Both the position numbers and the translations under genes were made by a program. The notes under the pieces were generated by a model, which was not told the DNA's origin, did not search any database, and saw only the letters and a list, made by a program, of their open reading frames with translations. Source: Prorocentrum cordatum (Eukaryota). Taken from it: a DNA stretch of 64,000 nucleotides. The stretch is taken from NCBI GenBank assembly GCA_963575745.1, contig CAUYUJ010000281.1, positions 1 to 64,000 of the forward strand, in the 5' to 3' direction. Shown here piece by piece: positions 11,315-22,880 of the stretch (position 1 is its first letter; every line of letters starts with the position of its first letter).

Positions 11315-14300
11315 GTGTGCTCCCCACACAACGTCGAAGCACGAAGACAGGAGCTACCCGAGCACCTGCGAGAGGCTTTCGATGACCTCCAAGAGCACGA
11401 CGATACTCCGACGGGCCCCACCACCAGCTTCCACATACCCAGCACAGTTTGGCAACAGCAAGCAGCACGGGTGGCAAAAATGACCATCCCACGGCCCCTC
11501 ACAGCACTCCAACAACTACAAGGTGGACCACTGGCCTTTTGGAGACCTGAGGAGCGCAGGAGGATAGATGGACATTACGGAAGATGGGTAACCACCCTTG
11601 AGCATGCCGTCACCCACATCAGCCAAGTCGAAGCCAGAGAGTCACCAGAGCACCACGACAGTCAGGACGTAGACTACGTTGCTGGTAGGGCAGCGGGTTA
11701 CGACATCGGCTGGCAGCGTATGCGACCAGCCCCAGGCAGAACTCACATGAAGGAGCCCACGGCAGAGTGGTGTGGGGTTATTTCCACGCTAGTCATCAGG
11801 ATCCTGGCACTCACCAAATCGGGCAAAGATATGAATCAGCTCTCCCAGTGCATCACGCTCTTGGGCAAGCACGTGGCGGACATCACACCTGATCAGCACA
11901 ACATTCTTCGGCAAAAAGACCTTGAGCACCGACATTGAGCATTGGAAGAGCACAGCACAGAGCTTATCCTCAACGCCATTACCAGCATTTCTTGAGTACC
12001 ACGAGCTAACGCTTACCTACGCTGACCGAGCACAGGGTCGGTCTATGGCTCGTTCGAGGCAGGCGTTCATGAATTGGGCCAAGCGAATGTAGTCCAAAAA
12101 GCCAGGAACAGTACACAGGCATGTCAAAGCACCACCACCTGAACCACTCCCACGTGAGATCACCCACCAAGGCGACACCACAGCTGATCCCACAGTCTTG
12201 CTTTCAGTCAGACAAGAGGAATGGAAACGGGTCTGGGCGGACCCAGCTGACCAGATTCCTGATATCCTCAGAGCCCTCGAGAGGGTCTCAAGCTGTGCCC
12301 GTCAAGAGCCTCTGGATCCCCTGCGACCCGATCAGCTGGAGACCATCTTGAGGCGTCAGGCCCCAAACAAGGCGCGAGGAGTTGACAGTTTGGGCCCGAC
12401 AGATCTCCAGCGTATGCCATTTGCGGGGCTCGAGGATCTCACACATATGCTGAACGAAGTCGAATACCAGCAGACATTGGCCCACAGCACTGTTGGCCAC
12501 GATATGTGCGATGATCCCCAAGCCTGCTGGTGGCACGAGAGTATTGGGCATGCTTCCACAGCTATGCAAACATGGAGCCAGGCGAGGAGCTCCATCACAT
12601 ATCCATGGTCTGACAAGCTGGAGGCGCACTGGGACACAGCAGTCAGAGGAAGCAGTGCCTTGAGAGCTGCTATTGTACGGAGCCTCATGGATGAGGCAGC
12701 GGTGACATTGGGATTCCACACGGCCACGGTCTTGCTCGACCTGGCGAAGTTCTATGATTCGATACCGTTTGTACTTCTCATTGATGCAGCCATGGAGGTA
12801 CACTTTCCTCCCATAGTGGCATTGTTGGAGGCGCTGCTTTTTGCGTCGCCACGGATTGTCAAGGAGGGCGCGCTGATTGGACAACCGTTTCAGCCCATGC
12901 GGTCGCTGATGGCAGGCTCAGCGCATGGTGTTTGTCTTGGGAAGGTATTTCTGCATTCTGTGCTGGAGGCCGCTCGCCGCCGAGCCCCGCAGGCTTCACT
13001 TTGGACATGCGTCGACGACGAAGTGGCCAGGTCAGAGGGAACTCGAAACAGGATCATAGAGGGGATGACGGAGATCGCGGAGTCGTTCGGGCACACGTTG
13101 AAGGAGAAACGTTTGGTTGTGTCGGACAAAACAGTGATCATCGCTCCTGCCCCTAAACTTTGCCAGGCTGTTGTCGGTCTTTTTCAAGCCCAAGGGATCC
13201 CAGCGAAACCTGCCAGGACAGGCCTTGATTTGGGCCTCGGCACCACTGCGGGTAGATTTAGATCCGAGAAGAAAGTCCAGCAGAGAAGGTCCAAAGCCAG
13301 ATGCAGATTTTCCCGAATTTTAAGAATGAGGAGACTGGCGGGGCTGTGGAGGGTTACCCAAGGGGCCTGGCGCACAGGAGTTCTTCGCAGGCCACCTATG
13401 GGCACCAGCGCTTAGGCACCCCTCCGAGCCACGCCCTGTCCCTGAGGCGCCAGTTAGGGAAGGTGGTTGCGGGGATTGGGAGGGGGGAATGTCTCGCGAC
13501 GTCGCTCTCAGCAGTGATGGGAGTATGAGAACCAGGAGTCGAGCTTAGCCGAGAGCTAGTTGACTCTTGGATCAGTTTATGGACGCAGGTTCCCTCTTTG
13601 CAGTCTCGCATTCGCAGATCCTGGCATCTGGTCAAGAGTCGCCTCCTATCCCCTAACGGAACCGTCAAATGGAAAGGCGCCCAGGGACCGATCGCGGCCA
13701 TCCAAGCCACCTTGTTCCAAGCGGGATGGAACCCGAAGGAGCCCGATTTTTGGGAAAGACCAGCGGCGGCCCAGGGCGCTTGGCGGTTTCCTAGGGAGGG
13801 CGACCCAGATTTTGAGCTGGTAGGAATTTCAGATCACACTGAGCTTTTAGACGACCTGGTTGCATATTTGAATCAACTGTTTTGGCGGAAAGCTGCTCTC
13901 CACCCTGCTGGCGAGAGCCTGGCGGAAGGAGCCGACCTCCATCAAGTTTCGGGGGAGCTGAAGCGCTTTCAGCGCAAAGGTCAACTAGATTTGTGGAGTC
14001 GCGCGCTGTGTGTTGTGGCAGGAGGGCAGTGGCCTCGAGCTCGACAGATAGAGACAGGATACACGGTGCCTGCCTTGTGTCCGCGCTGTCAGAGCGAGGA
14101 AGAGTCTCTCTATCATCGAGCGTGGTCCTGCCCCGCAAATTGCAATCACGAGGGCTACGACAAAACGCAGATGTTGCTCCCACAGGCGCAGAGCCAGTGG
14201 GAAAGCGACCCGCCCCTGTGGTTGCGCGGAGTGCCTGGCCGCAACCTCACCACCCCCACTTTCCTCGACCCTCTTGTGGTCCCCCCTCCTACCAACCGCG

Positions 14301-15450
14301 GCGATGCAGACCTCAGATATTTTTGCGTGTTTCCTGGGCAGGAGCCCTTGTATGTTTTTGGCGATGGCTCTGGGGGCCGTTATTCCTCGGACCCAAGGCG
14401 TAGGAGATGTGGGTCAGCGATAGCTGTTCCCCAGGGGCGTGAAGGGGCCCGGGAACCAGCTGCTGGAGTTTCGGTCCCGCTTCTCGGACGGCGCCAAACG
14501 GTGCCGAGAGCGGAGATAGCTGCGCTTGCGTTGGCCTTAGAAGAAACGGTGGGGCCCACCATAGTTCATGTCACTGCTTGCCAGCCAGTCCTAGACGGAT
14601 GGGGAGCTGGCAGAACGCATGGGAAAAAAAAGGGCCCAACCAGGACTTGTGGCACAAAGTTGCAATTGCGTCGAAGCATCGAGGTGAGGGCGAAGTGCGC
14701 CTCCACTGGGCTGCTGCTCATCTGGAGGATGAGAAAGTGGCCCTCACTTCGACTCAGCTGTTTTTCACCTGCGGCAGTATGTGCGCGGATCATTGGGCGG
14801 GTCAGGCGGCGGAGCGGGGTTGGGATTCTCATGTCCAGCGGCCGATCCCTCACACCGACCAAGTTGATTGCATAGCAGTCTTGGTTAGGAAGAGGGCCCG
14901 CAGAGCACTCATGGACTCCTTGGCAGCTGAACCCTGGCAGGCCACCAGAGAAGGCAAAGCTCGCTCGAAGCCATTGAATAAAGTCGAGAGCGCTGGCGGC
15001 CACATCGCATCGATTTGAGAAGCGTAGTGGGCAGTGCAGATGTTCGGTTTGCGAGCAGCTTGTACCAGCGGCCCACATTATTTCTCTCGCTGCCACTCAG
15101 TGCCCTGGACCTAGAGAGAGAGTCGGGTGGAGTCGGTTTCGGTCGGTCGTCGAAAGGCAGGTCCAGATTGGCACGAAGGTCAGCCATGTTTCACACACCT
15201 TGATGTTCTGGGAAGACTATAAGTTTTTTTTCTGTCGAGCGCGCGGATGCACGGCCACTGTTGACGGTCGATGGCTTCCCCTTCCTTGCCACCCCCCCCC
15301 CCACCAGGAAAGGGGCAGAGAACCTCTCGAGGCTCGAGAAGGGGTTTTACCCATCCAGGAGGGTTCCTGCTGCAGTCACTGCCGCAGCGAATCAGAGAGT
15401 TGTGGAGAGGGCGGGGGAGGAGGCTGTTGGGAGAGCGGCAGAGAGTGAGC
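11315..15450 (+). mobile_element. Decayed non-LTR retrotransposon: RT, zinc finger, RNase H and C-terminal Cys motifs; broken by stops and frameshifts
   Basis: RT motifs KARGVD, LLDLAKFYDSI, RSLMAGSAHG, WTCVDD (YxDD-like) and GLDLG in ORF 12198-13415. CPRC...ESLYHRAWSCP and RNase H motifs VFGDGSGG and GRRQTVPRAEI in ORF 13598-14875. NQDLW, HWAAAH and ADHWA in ORF 14578-15018. FCRARGC near 15230. Confidence 0.9.
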
Positions 15451-15952
15451 GCCGCCTCTCTGCCGCCCCCGCCGCCCCCGCCGCCGCCCCCGTCTCGGAG
15501 CCCGACGTGCAGGCGCCGCCCCGCCTCCCGCCTTGAGGCGGACTCGGGTTCGTCGGACTGAAGGGGGAAGGCCACGTTGTGGCTGCATCTGATATTCCTG
15601 ATATTCCTCCTCCCTCCCCCCCTCCATCCCTCCCCCCCCCCTCCCTCCCCCCCCCCCCCCTCCCTTCCCCCCCCCCTCCCTCCCTCCCTCCCTCCCTCTC
15701 GCCTTCTCGCCCTCCCTCTCCTCCCTCCTCCCTCCCTCTTCCTGGGCGCAGGGCTCCCGGACCCCGCCGCGTGGTCAGGAGTGCTCGGGAGCCCCCAAAC
15801 GGGGCGGTGACCACACCGTGCGGTGAGTCGGTGGGGGTTCGGGTCACCGCAGGGTCCTGGGGCTCGGGTCCCTCTGAGAGGACGTCTCGGACGACGGGGG
15901 CCTCCGGGGCCCCGAGGCCGCGCGGTGACGGACCGTGCGGTGAGGTCTTGGG

Positions 15953-16136
15953 TTAAGGCGGGCCTGTCCCCCCTACAGGGGGATTTTCGACGAAAAAAAG
16001 ATACCCTAGAAATAATCAAAAAGTAGTCAAAAAATAGTCGGGGCTATTTTTTGAATATTTTTAACCTTTTTGGATGATTTTTGGGGGGCATTTTTTTCGT
16101 CGAGTATCCCCCTGTAGGGGGACACGCCCGACATAA
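15953..16136. mobile_element. MITE family B copy (~35-40 bp TIRs, TTAA/TA-like flanks)
   Basis: ttaaggcgggcctgtccccctacagggggattttcgacgaa ... ttcgtcgagtatccccctgtagggggacacgcccgacataa. Confidence 0.8.
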
Positions 16137-17139
16137 TTCTTGGGGCATTTCGAGGTCACCGCGCAGTCCGTCACCGCACCCTTTCGGGACTCCAGAAATT
16201 CTGCCTCGGCGCGTCGCCCCGGCGGTTCTGGCCCACCACGCGTCGGAGCCACGCGCTGCCCATGCCCCAGCCCCTGGAGCGTCAACGTCTCGAGCCCGCC
16301 CCGGCCTCCCGCCCCGCAGAGGGCCGAGCGACGCGCCAGCCGCGTGCCGGGCGCAGGGTGCCGCTGGGGCCGCCGCCGCGGCGCGCTGAGCAGAAGTTCC
16401 CGGCCCCAAAATCTCGGAGGTCCGCGCGGGCTGTCCTCGCTCGGCCTCGTGGCGGCGCCTCCCTTCGCCACGCCTGGCCCGCTCCGCGCGCCAGTGGAGG
16501 TCCTCCTCCTCCTCCTCCTCCTCCTCCTCCTCCTCCTCCTCCTCGTCCTCCTCCTCCTCCTCCTCCTCCTCCTCCTCCTCCTCCTCCTCCTTCTCCTCCT
16601 CCGCTCCAGGACATCAGCGCGGGGCTCCGAGGGTTCCTGCTCCGGCAGCTTCTGGCGGACGGCGGGCGGCATCGCATGAGCTGCTCCGCCATCGTGGGCC
16701 CCCCGCCCCTGGGCGGTTGGACAGCGCGCGCTCCGGCGGCCCACGGTGGCACGTCGGGGCGCAGGCTTCCCGGCCCCCCCCGTGCAGGCATGTCCGACGG
16801 TTCGGGTTTCACCGTGCCTCGTCCGCCGAAGCCGTGCCTTCTGCCACCGGCGCGGGGGCGCGAAGATGCCCGCTGCTTCCGCCGCCCTCGCGCAGCGCGT
16901 GGCGCGGCGCCGCGCGGCGTGGGCTCGGCTCGGGGGGGGGGGAAGGGCGCGGTGCGGTCGGTCTGCGATCGGGCTGGCGGCCTGGGGACGCGCGCTGCGC
17001 GAGGCGGAGCAGGAGCGGCACCTTCGCGTTTTCGACCGCGGCCGCGACGACCGCCACCACGATACCGACGGCCACGGCGGCGGCGGCCTCGACGACGACC
17101 GAGGCGACCACCACCACGACGACGTCCCCGACAGCTGCC

Positions 17140-17270
<131 letters not shown>

Positions 17271-17366
17271 GCGAGCACGAAACGGCGAAGGCCGCGGACC
17301 GCGGCGGCGAGAGTGCCGCGGCGCCGGCGGCCGGCGGCCGGCGGCCCGCGGCGGCCGCGCCACGAG

Positions 17367-17427
17367 GTGGATCACGAACGGCATCTTCGCGGACTACTTC
17401 ACCGTCGCCGTGCGCACGGGCGGCAAG
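17367..17427 (+). CDS. Single internal exon of an acyl-CoA dehydrogenase gene (middle domain)
   Basis: Encodes (K)WITNGIFADYFTVAVRTGGK, the conserved K-WITN motif of acyl-CoA dehydrogenases, with GC-rich third codon positions. Preceded by an AG acceptor (17365-66) and followed by AAG|GA, a non-canonical GA donor known in dinoflagellates. Confidence 0.75.
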
Positions 17428-18236
17428 GAGCGCCCGCCCGCCCGCCCCATCGGCCGCTCCCACCAGGGCGTCGGGCCGTCGGTCGTCGGCGTCGCCGTCG
17501 GCCGTCGTCGGTTGTCGGTCGTCGCCGTCGTCGTCGTGGTCGTCGTCGTCGTCGTGGTCGTCGTCGTCGTCCTCCTCCTCCTCCTCCTCCTCCTCCTCAT
17601 CCTTGTCCTCGTGGTCGTGATGGTCGTCGTGGGGTTCTTCGGCTTGAGCGTGACGGTACTCAGCGTCGTGGTCGTCTTCGTTATCGTGGTCGCCGTCGTG
17701 TTCGTGGCAGTCGTGGTCGTGGTCGTCGTCGTCGTCGTCGTCGAGAAGCCACGTGCGAGCTGTCTCGGTGCTGGGGCGTGGGCAGCTGCTGTTGCTGCCA
17801 CTGCTGCTGTTGTTTGCCTTCATCTACCTCTTCCTCCCGACTCCCGACTCCCCCCTCTCTCCTCCTTCTCCTTCGCCCTCCCTTCACCTGTTCCTCATCC
17901 TTCCTTCTCCCCTCAACCCTCCTCACCACTCCGTAGTCCTCCCTCATCCCCTCTCCTCCTCTGTCTTCCTCCTCTTCCTCCCCTATTCTCCTCTCCCTCC
18001 TTTCATTGCCCCTCAGAATTCCTCACTTTCTCTTGCTCATCCTGCGTTCTCCCTTCCTCCTCCCTGGTGCTGCTGCACCCCGTCCTCCTCCTCCTCCTCC
18101 TCCTCCTCCTCCTCCTCCTCCTCCTCCTCCTCCTCCTCCTCCTCCTCCTCACCCCCCCCAGCACCCGAGGCCCTCCCATGCAGCCCAGAAACCGTTGCGC
18201 ACCACCCCCAGGACTTGCCAGCCTCCCCACCACCAC

Positions 18237-18400
18237 ACTGTGCCGTTTTTTTTATACATGCTCCGCGTGCGGATCATGTACTATAACTGCAGGGATTTAG
18301 TATTAAAAACAACGATGAGTTCATGCATAATTCTAGTCATAAATTAATCATGTACTAAAATCCTATATGTTTAAAATCCTATGCATTAAAAACTGCCCTG
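18237..18400. mobile_element. MITE-like element family G; reverse-orientation copy at 48852-49013
   Basis: tacatgctccgcgtgcggatcatgta...gatgagttcatgc...aactgccctg is the reverse complement of 48852-49013; imperfect TIRs CAG(G/T)GC(A/C)GT. Confidence 0.75.
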
Positions 18401-18514
18401 CAATCCTAAACCTGCCCTCTCCCTCATCTGCTCCTGCTGCGCCTCCTCCATCCTGCCTCCTGCACCGTCTCGCCCTCCTCCGGAGGCCTCCGGAGGCCCA
18501 ACACGGGGCAACAT

Positions 18515-18683
18515 TTGAGTCGGGCCTGTCCCCCTACAGGGGGATTTTCGACGAAGAATAAAATACCCAAAAAATAATCCAAAAATAGTCTGGGGACTAG
18601 TTTTTGATTTATTTTTTTTATACCTTTTTGGGGTATTTTTTTTCCGTCGAAAATCCCCTTGTAGGGGGACACGCCGGACTTAA
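18515..18683. mobile_element. MITE family B copy
   Basis: ttgagtcgggcctgtccccctacaggggg ... ccccttgtagggggacacgccggacttaa. Confidence 0.85.
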
Positions 18684-19110
18684 GGCAACATGCGAACCAC
18701 CCGAAATGTTGATTCTCCCCTCCTGCGCATCTGCCCTCTCGCTCCTCCTCCCCCCTCCTCCTCCTCCTCCTCCTCCTCCTCCTCCTCCTCCTCCTCCTCC
18801 CCCTCCTCCTCCTCCTCCTCCCCCTCCTCCTCCTCCTCCTCCTCCTCCTCCTCTTCCTCCTCCCTCCCGGTGTCTGGAGCCCGCGGGGTGCTGAAGTCCG
18901 GCTCCATCCTGCACGCAATCCTAGGCGAGAGCATCGTCGGAAAGAAGCAGGAGGGGGGAAGGGAGGAGGGAAAGGTAAGGCGGAGGAGGGGGAGGAGGAG
19001 GAGGAGGAGGAGGAGGAGGAGGAGGAGGAGGAGGAGGAGGGGGGAGGAGGAGCGAGAGGGCAGATGCACAGGAGGGGAGAATCAACATTTCGGGTGGTTT
19101 GCATGTTGCC

Positions 19111-19279
19111 TTAAGTCCGGCGTGTCCCCCTACAGGGAGATTTTCGACGAAAAATCAAGAATACCCCCAAAATACCCCCAAAACGCCAAACATATTCAAA
19201 AAATAGTCCCCAGACTATTTTTGGGGCATTTTTTGTTTTTCGTCGAAAATCCCCCTGTAGAGGGACACGCCCGACTTAA
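19111..19279. mobile_element. MITE family B copy, inverted relative to 18515-18683
   Basis: TTAA gtccggcgtgtccccctacaggg ... ccctgtagagggacacgcccgac TTAA; internal tagtccccagacta is the reverse complement of tagtctggggacta in the left copy. Confidence 0.85.
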
Positions 19280-19286
19280 GGCTACC

Positions 19287-19460
19287 AGGGAACGAATAAT
19301 GACATAAACATAGTAACTCGGAGGTCCGCGCGGATTTCTCGGCCCGGCGGCGGGGCGCGCCAGGGGCGGCGCTGGAGGCGCCGCCAGGGGGCCCCAGCGC
19401 CGATCCGAGAAATCCGCGCGGACCTCCGAGTTTTTCTGTTTCTGTCATTGTTTGCTCCCC
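19287..19460. mobile_element. MITE family C copy (GGGGAAC...GACATAAACA...TCGGAGGTCCGCGCGGATTTCTC TIRs)
   Basis: Long imperfect TIRs around a GC-rich core ggcggcgcctccggcgccgcccctgg; other copies at 20345-20545, 23725-23890 and 48334-48520. Confidence 0.8.
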
Positions 19461-19499
19461 TATTATCCTCACCCGATTCTGTCCTCAGCCCGATTCCTG

Positions 19500-19990
19500 T
19501 CCTCCTCCTCCTTCCTCCTCCTCCTCCTCCTCCCCTCCTCCTCTCCTCCTCCTCCTCCTCCTCCTCCTCCTCCTCCCTCCTCCTCCTCCTCTCCTCCTCC
19601 TCCTCCTCCTCCTCCTCCTCCTCCCCTCCTCCTCCTCCTCCCTCCTCCTCCTCCTCCTCCTCCTCCTCCTCCTCCTCCTCCTCCTCCTCCTCCTCCTCCT
19701 CCTCCTCCCTCCTCCTCCTCCTCCTCCTCCTCCTCCTCCTCCTCCTCCTCCTCCTCCTCCTCCTCCTCCTCCTCCTCCTCCCCTCCTCCTCCTCCTCCTC
19801 CTCCTCCTCCTCCTCCTCCTCCTCACCTCCTCCTCCTCCTCCTCCTCCCCTCCTCCTCCTCCTCCTCCACCTCCTCCTCCTCCTCCTCCTCCTCCTCCTC
19901 CCCCTTCCTCCTCCTCCTCCTCCTCCTCCTCCCCCTCCTCCTCCCCCTCCTCCTCCTCCTCCTCCTCCTCTTCGTCCTCCTCCTCCTCGC
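19500..19990. repeat. (CCT)n/(GGA)n microsatellite, one of more than 20 such tracts in the window
   Basis: Directly visible; similar tracts at e.g. 8900-9345, 28425-28980, 37585-37790, 43830-44270, 50445-50780 and 55650-55782. Confidence 0.95.
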
Positions 19991-20134
19991 GTTCTCCCAC
20001 GGGGCGGCAGCGAGGCTGCGACGGGCGGCGACGGGGCAGACCTTTCGGAGAGCCCGGCCAGCACGGTCTGCGGCGACGGCCTGCGGCGACGGGCGGCGGC
20101 CGGGCGAGAGCTGGGAGAGTCCAACCACGTATTC

Positions 20135-20306
20135 TCGGGGATGGACAGAACCCCCAACAGTGACACGTCGATTAGTGAATTGTCCGTTTTCGGTTTTCGA
20201 GAGGGCGCCGTGGCTGTTATTTTCCAGGCTTGCGCTCGCCAGGTTTGGGCCGCAGGTCGTTTTCACTAAACCGCGTTTTGCTAAAGGGGGGTCTGTCCAT
20301 CCCCGA
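20135..20306. mobile_element. MITE family D copy (TIR TCGGGGATGGACAGA); reverse copy at 37974-38144
   Basis: tcggggatggacaga ... tctgtccatccccga; internal gacacgtcgatta...ccgttttcggtt matches 38070-38120 on the opposite strand. Confidence 0.75.
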
Positions 20307-20344
20307 TATTCGGGATGGAAGTGAGAACCTTTGCGCGCTGTCAT

Positions 20345-20545
20345 TCGAGGAAGACAAAAAACGGCATAAACATAAACTGTTGGCGCTCCGCGCGGATTTC
20401 TTGGATCTGCGCTGGGACCCCCCTGGCGGCGCCTCCGGCGCCGCCCCTGGCGCGCTCCGCGCGCCAGGGAGGGGGATCCCAGCGCAGATCGAAGAAATTC
20501 GCGCCGAGCGCCAAAAGTTGATGTTGATGTTTTTTTTGTTTTAAG
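20345..20545. mobile_element. MITE family C, diverged copy
   Basis: aaaaacggcataaacataaa...ccgcgcggatttc...ggcggcgcctccggcgccgcccctggcgcgctccgcgcgccaggg. Confidence 0.7.
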
Positions 20546-21132
20546 ATTCTAGTCATAGGTCGGGGAAACACGCAGCCATCGAGTTACATCATCAAGCGCC
20601 ACCAGATCACCAGACCAGCCCTGCCACAGCGTGCTGCGTTGCGGTTCGAATATGCCCTGAAGGTGATGACTACTACACGTGGGGGCTTCCTTGGCAGGCT
20701 TCGAAGTTCCTTGAGGACGACTTGTAATATCATGGCCTCTTGGATTGTTGTTTGGACGCAGTCGCAGTCCAATTTGAACCATCTTTCGCATTCTTGGAGG
20801 CCACCTTGGGGTTTGTGGAGCCATATCGGAGCCATCGCAGGCCAAAAGAACCCTCTGACACCTCGCCACCCCCCGTTCAGAGCCAGGGGAGCGGGTAATT
20901 GCGGGGGAGGGGTGAACATCTGCCTGAGGGGGAAATGTGGGATTGGAAGAAACTGGAACATTAAACCACCTACGACAAGTGGGCTGGTGGGATTGAGAGT
21001 TGGTCGCACTCTGGCCCCGGCCCCGACTCTGGATCCTCCTCCACCGCCATAGCATTTTGAGTTCAGGGTGTCCATTGCTAGCAGTCATTCTCGCTAGCAG
21101 TCCGCTAGCATATTGCGGACGCCCTCCGACAG

Positions 21133-22880
21133 ATGGTGTCATTATGTGAGGCGGCCGTTTGCGAGCCATCTGACAAGCACGCGAGGCAGGTTTCTGACGA
21201 TACCGCCTCGACCGCCGATTCCTCCAGCTGCATGGTGCGAAGGGACGCCGAGGACGGGAAGGGGCACGTCGATGCGAAGTCGCCCCAGCGCACGGGTGCC
21301 GACGAGGCTGAGAGCTTTCTCTCAGGCTTCCAATTGCCCTCTTGGTGGAAAGTGGCTGCCTTTAATTACCTTCAACCTCCTTTGTGGGCTGGTCCTGTCC
21401 CAGTTGCTTGGTGCCTCCTTGGACAAGCAAGCCTACAAAACCATGCATGAGGTGGTCCACCTATTCACCATGTGGGCTCTCTCTTATATTATGATCAACG
21501 TCGGTTATGAGTTCACGGTTGACAAGAGTGATCTGGCGCAATATGGTTGGGATGCTTTGATTGCTATGTCTGCAGCAGGCCTTCCCTGGTTTTTCGTGGC
21601 GCTGTGGTTCATGCTGCTCATCGACGGGATAGGGGCCGATCAGGCCCTCCTGGTTGCCCTTTTCGCTGCCCCGACGAGTGCTGGGATCCTGTTCAGCATG
21701 CTCGAGGGCGCTGGCCTTCGGAACACATGGGTCTTCAGCAAGGCTCGAATTCTGGCCATCTTCGACGACTTGGACACAATCCTGCTCCTCATACCACTGA
21801 AGGTCATAATGATCGGTTTCAAGTGGGAGCTGATGGTTGTGATTGGCATCATGCTGATTCTCCTGACCTTCGCCTGGCGCTACATGCACCGCTTCGACCT
21901 GCCTCACAGCTCGCCCTGGTCGCTCCTCTACGCGGCGGTGGTCACGGCATGCTGCTTAGGTGACGAGGTACCACCTGCCCATGGAGGCCATACACATCGA
22001 GGTCCTCCTCCCGGCCTTCGTGGTCGGCTGCGTGATCGACACGCCCGGCGCCCGGCACGAGCTGCAGCTCCAGAGGCAGGCAGCCGAGAAGCGCCGGGAG
22101 CCCAAGCAGCGCCGGACGCCCGCTCCCGCCGAGGGCTCGTGGGCGCGCCCGCCTCCTGGCCAGCAGGCTGGCGCGCTCCGCCGCGAGGGTGCTGGCGGCG
22201 AAGGCCGCAGGAAGGACCTGACGTCCTTCGAGCAGATGGCCGCCGTGTGCCCGCCGGGCTGGGTAGAGGACGAGGCGGCGGCGATGGAGCTCGGGGGTCG
22301 GATGGCGAACGGGCAGGTCGCGGACGATGCTCGAGAAGGCTCGGGCGACGTCGGGTGCCCGTCCGAGGCACGTCTGCCGGAGGATGATCGGAAGTCGAGT
22401 CACTCGGGAGATGCCGGGCTCTCGAGGCGTGGCCATACCAAGGACGAGTCACACCCGCACGAGAGCGACTGGGAGCAGAATGTCCAGACGGGCATCTCGA
22501 TGGTCTTCATGGTGCTCGTCGGGCTCTCGATGCCACCGCTCCTTGGGGAGAATGCAAAGGGCAGCTATGATATGGCCCCAAGCACGATCGCAGCACACGT
22601 GGTCATGGTGTCGCTGCTGATGGTTCTCGGGAAGATGTTCCCAGCCGTGTGCTATCGCGACGAGGCCTCGTGGAGGGAGCGAGTCGCGCTCTGCATGGGC
22701 ATGTGCCCGCGAGGGGAGGTTGGAGCAAGCGTCATTGTGATCTCGCTCGAGCTCGGCGTGGAGGGCCCCGCAGTCATCATCTCGGTGTGTGCTCTAGTGA
22801 TCAACTTGGTGCTCTCGGGCGGCTTCATTGGCTCGGTCAAGCTCCTGCTGAAGCAAGGTGCCGCGGCGGCAAGCCATTAG
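21133..22880 (+). pseudogene. Intronless cation:proton (Na+/H+) antiporter, CPA2/NapA-like, split by two +1 frameshifts (~21364 and ~21959); probable retrocopy or assembly-error gene
   Basis: Joining ORFs 21133, 21113 and 21960 gives a multi-transmembrane protein with the motifs FAAPTSAGILF, AIFDDLD, HIEVLLPAFVVG, FMVLVGLSMP, GKMFP and MCPRGEVG. ATG at 21133, stop at 22878-80. Confidence 0.85.

Noticed and set aside
16607..16700. Candidate exon after ccag|G (DISAGLRGFLLRQLLADG...)
   Set aside because: Plausible acceptor, but no recognisable homology or clear donor.
21950..21965. Programmed +1 frameshift at a Ty1-like CTT AGG
   Set aside because: The CTT is not in the reading frame of the upstream ORF; mutation or assembly error is simpler.
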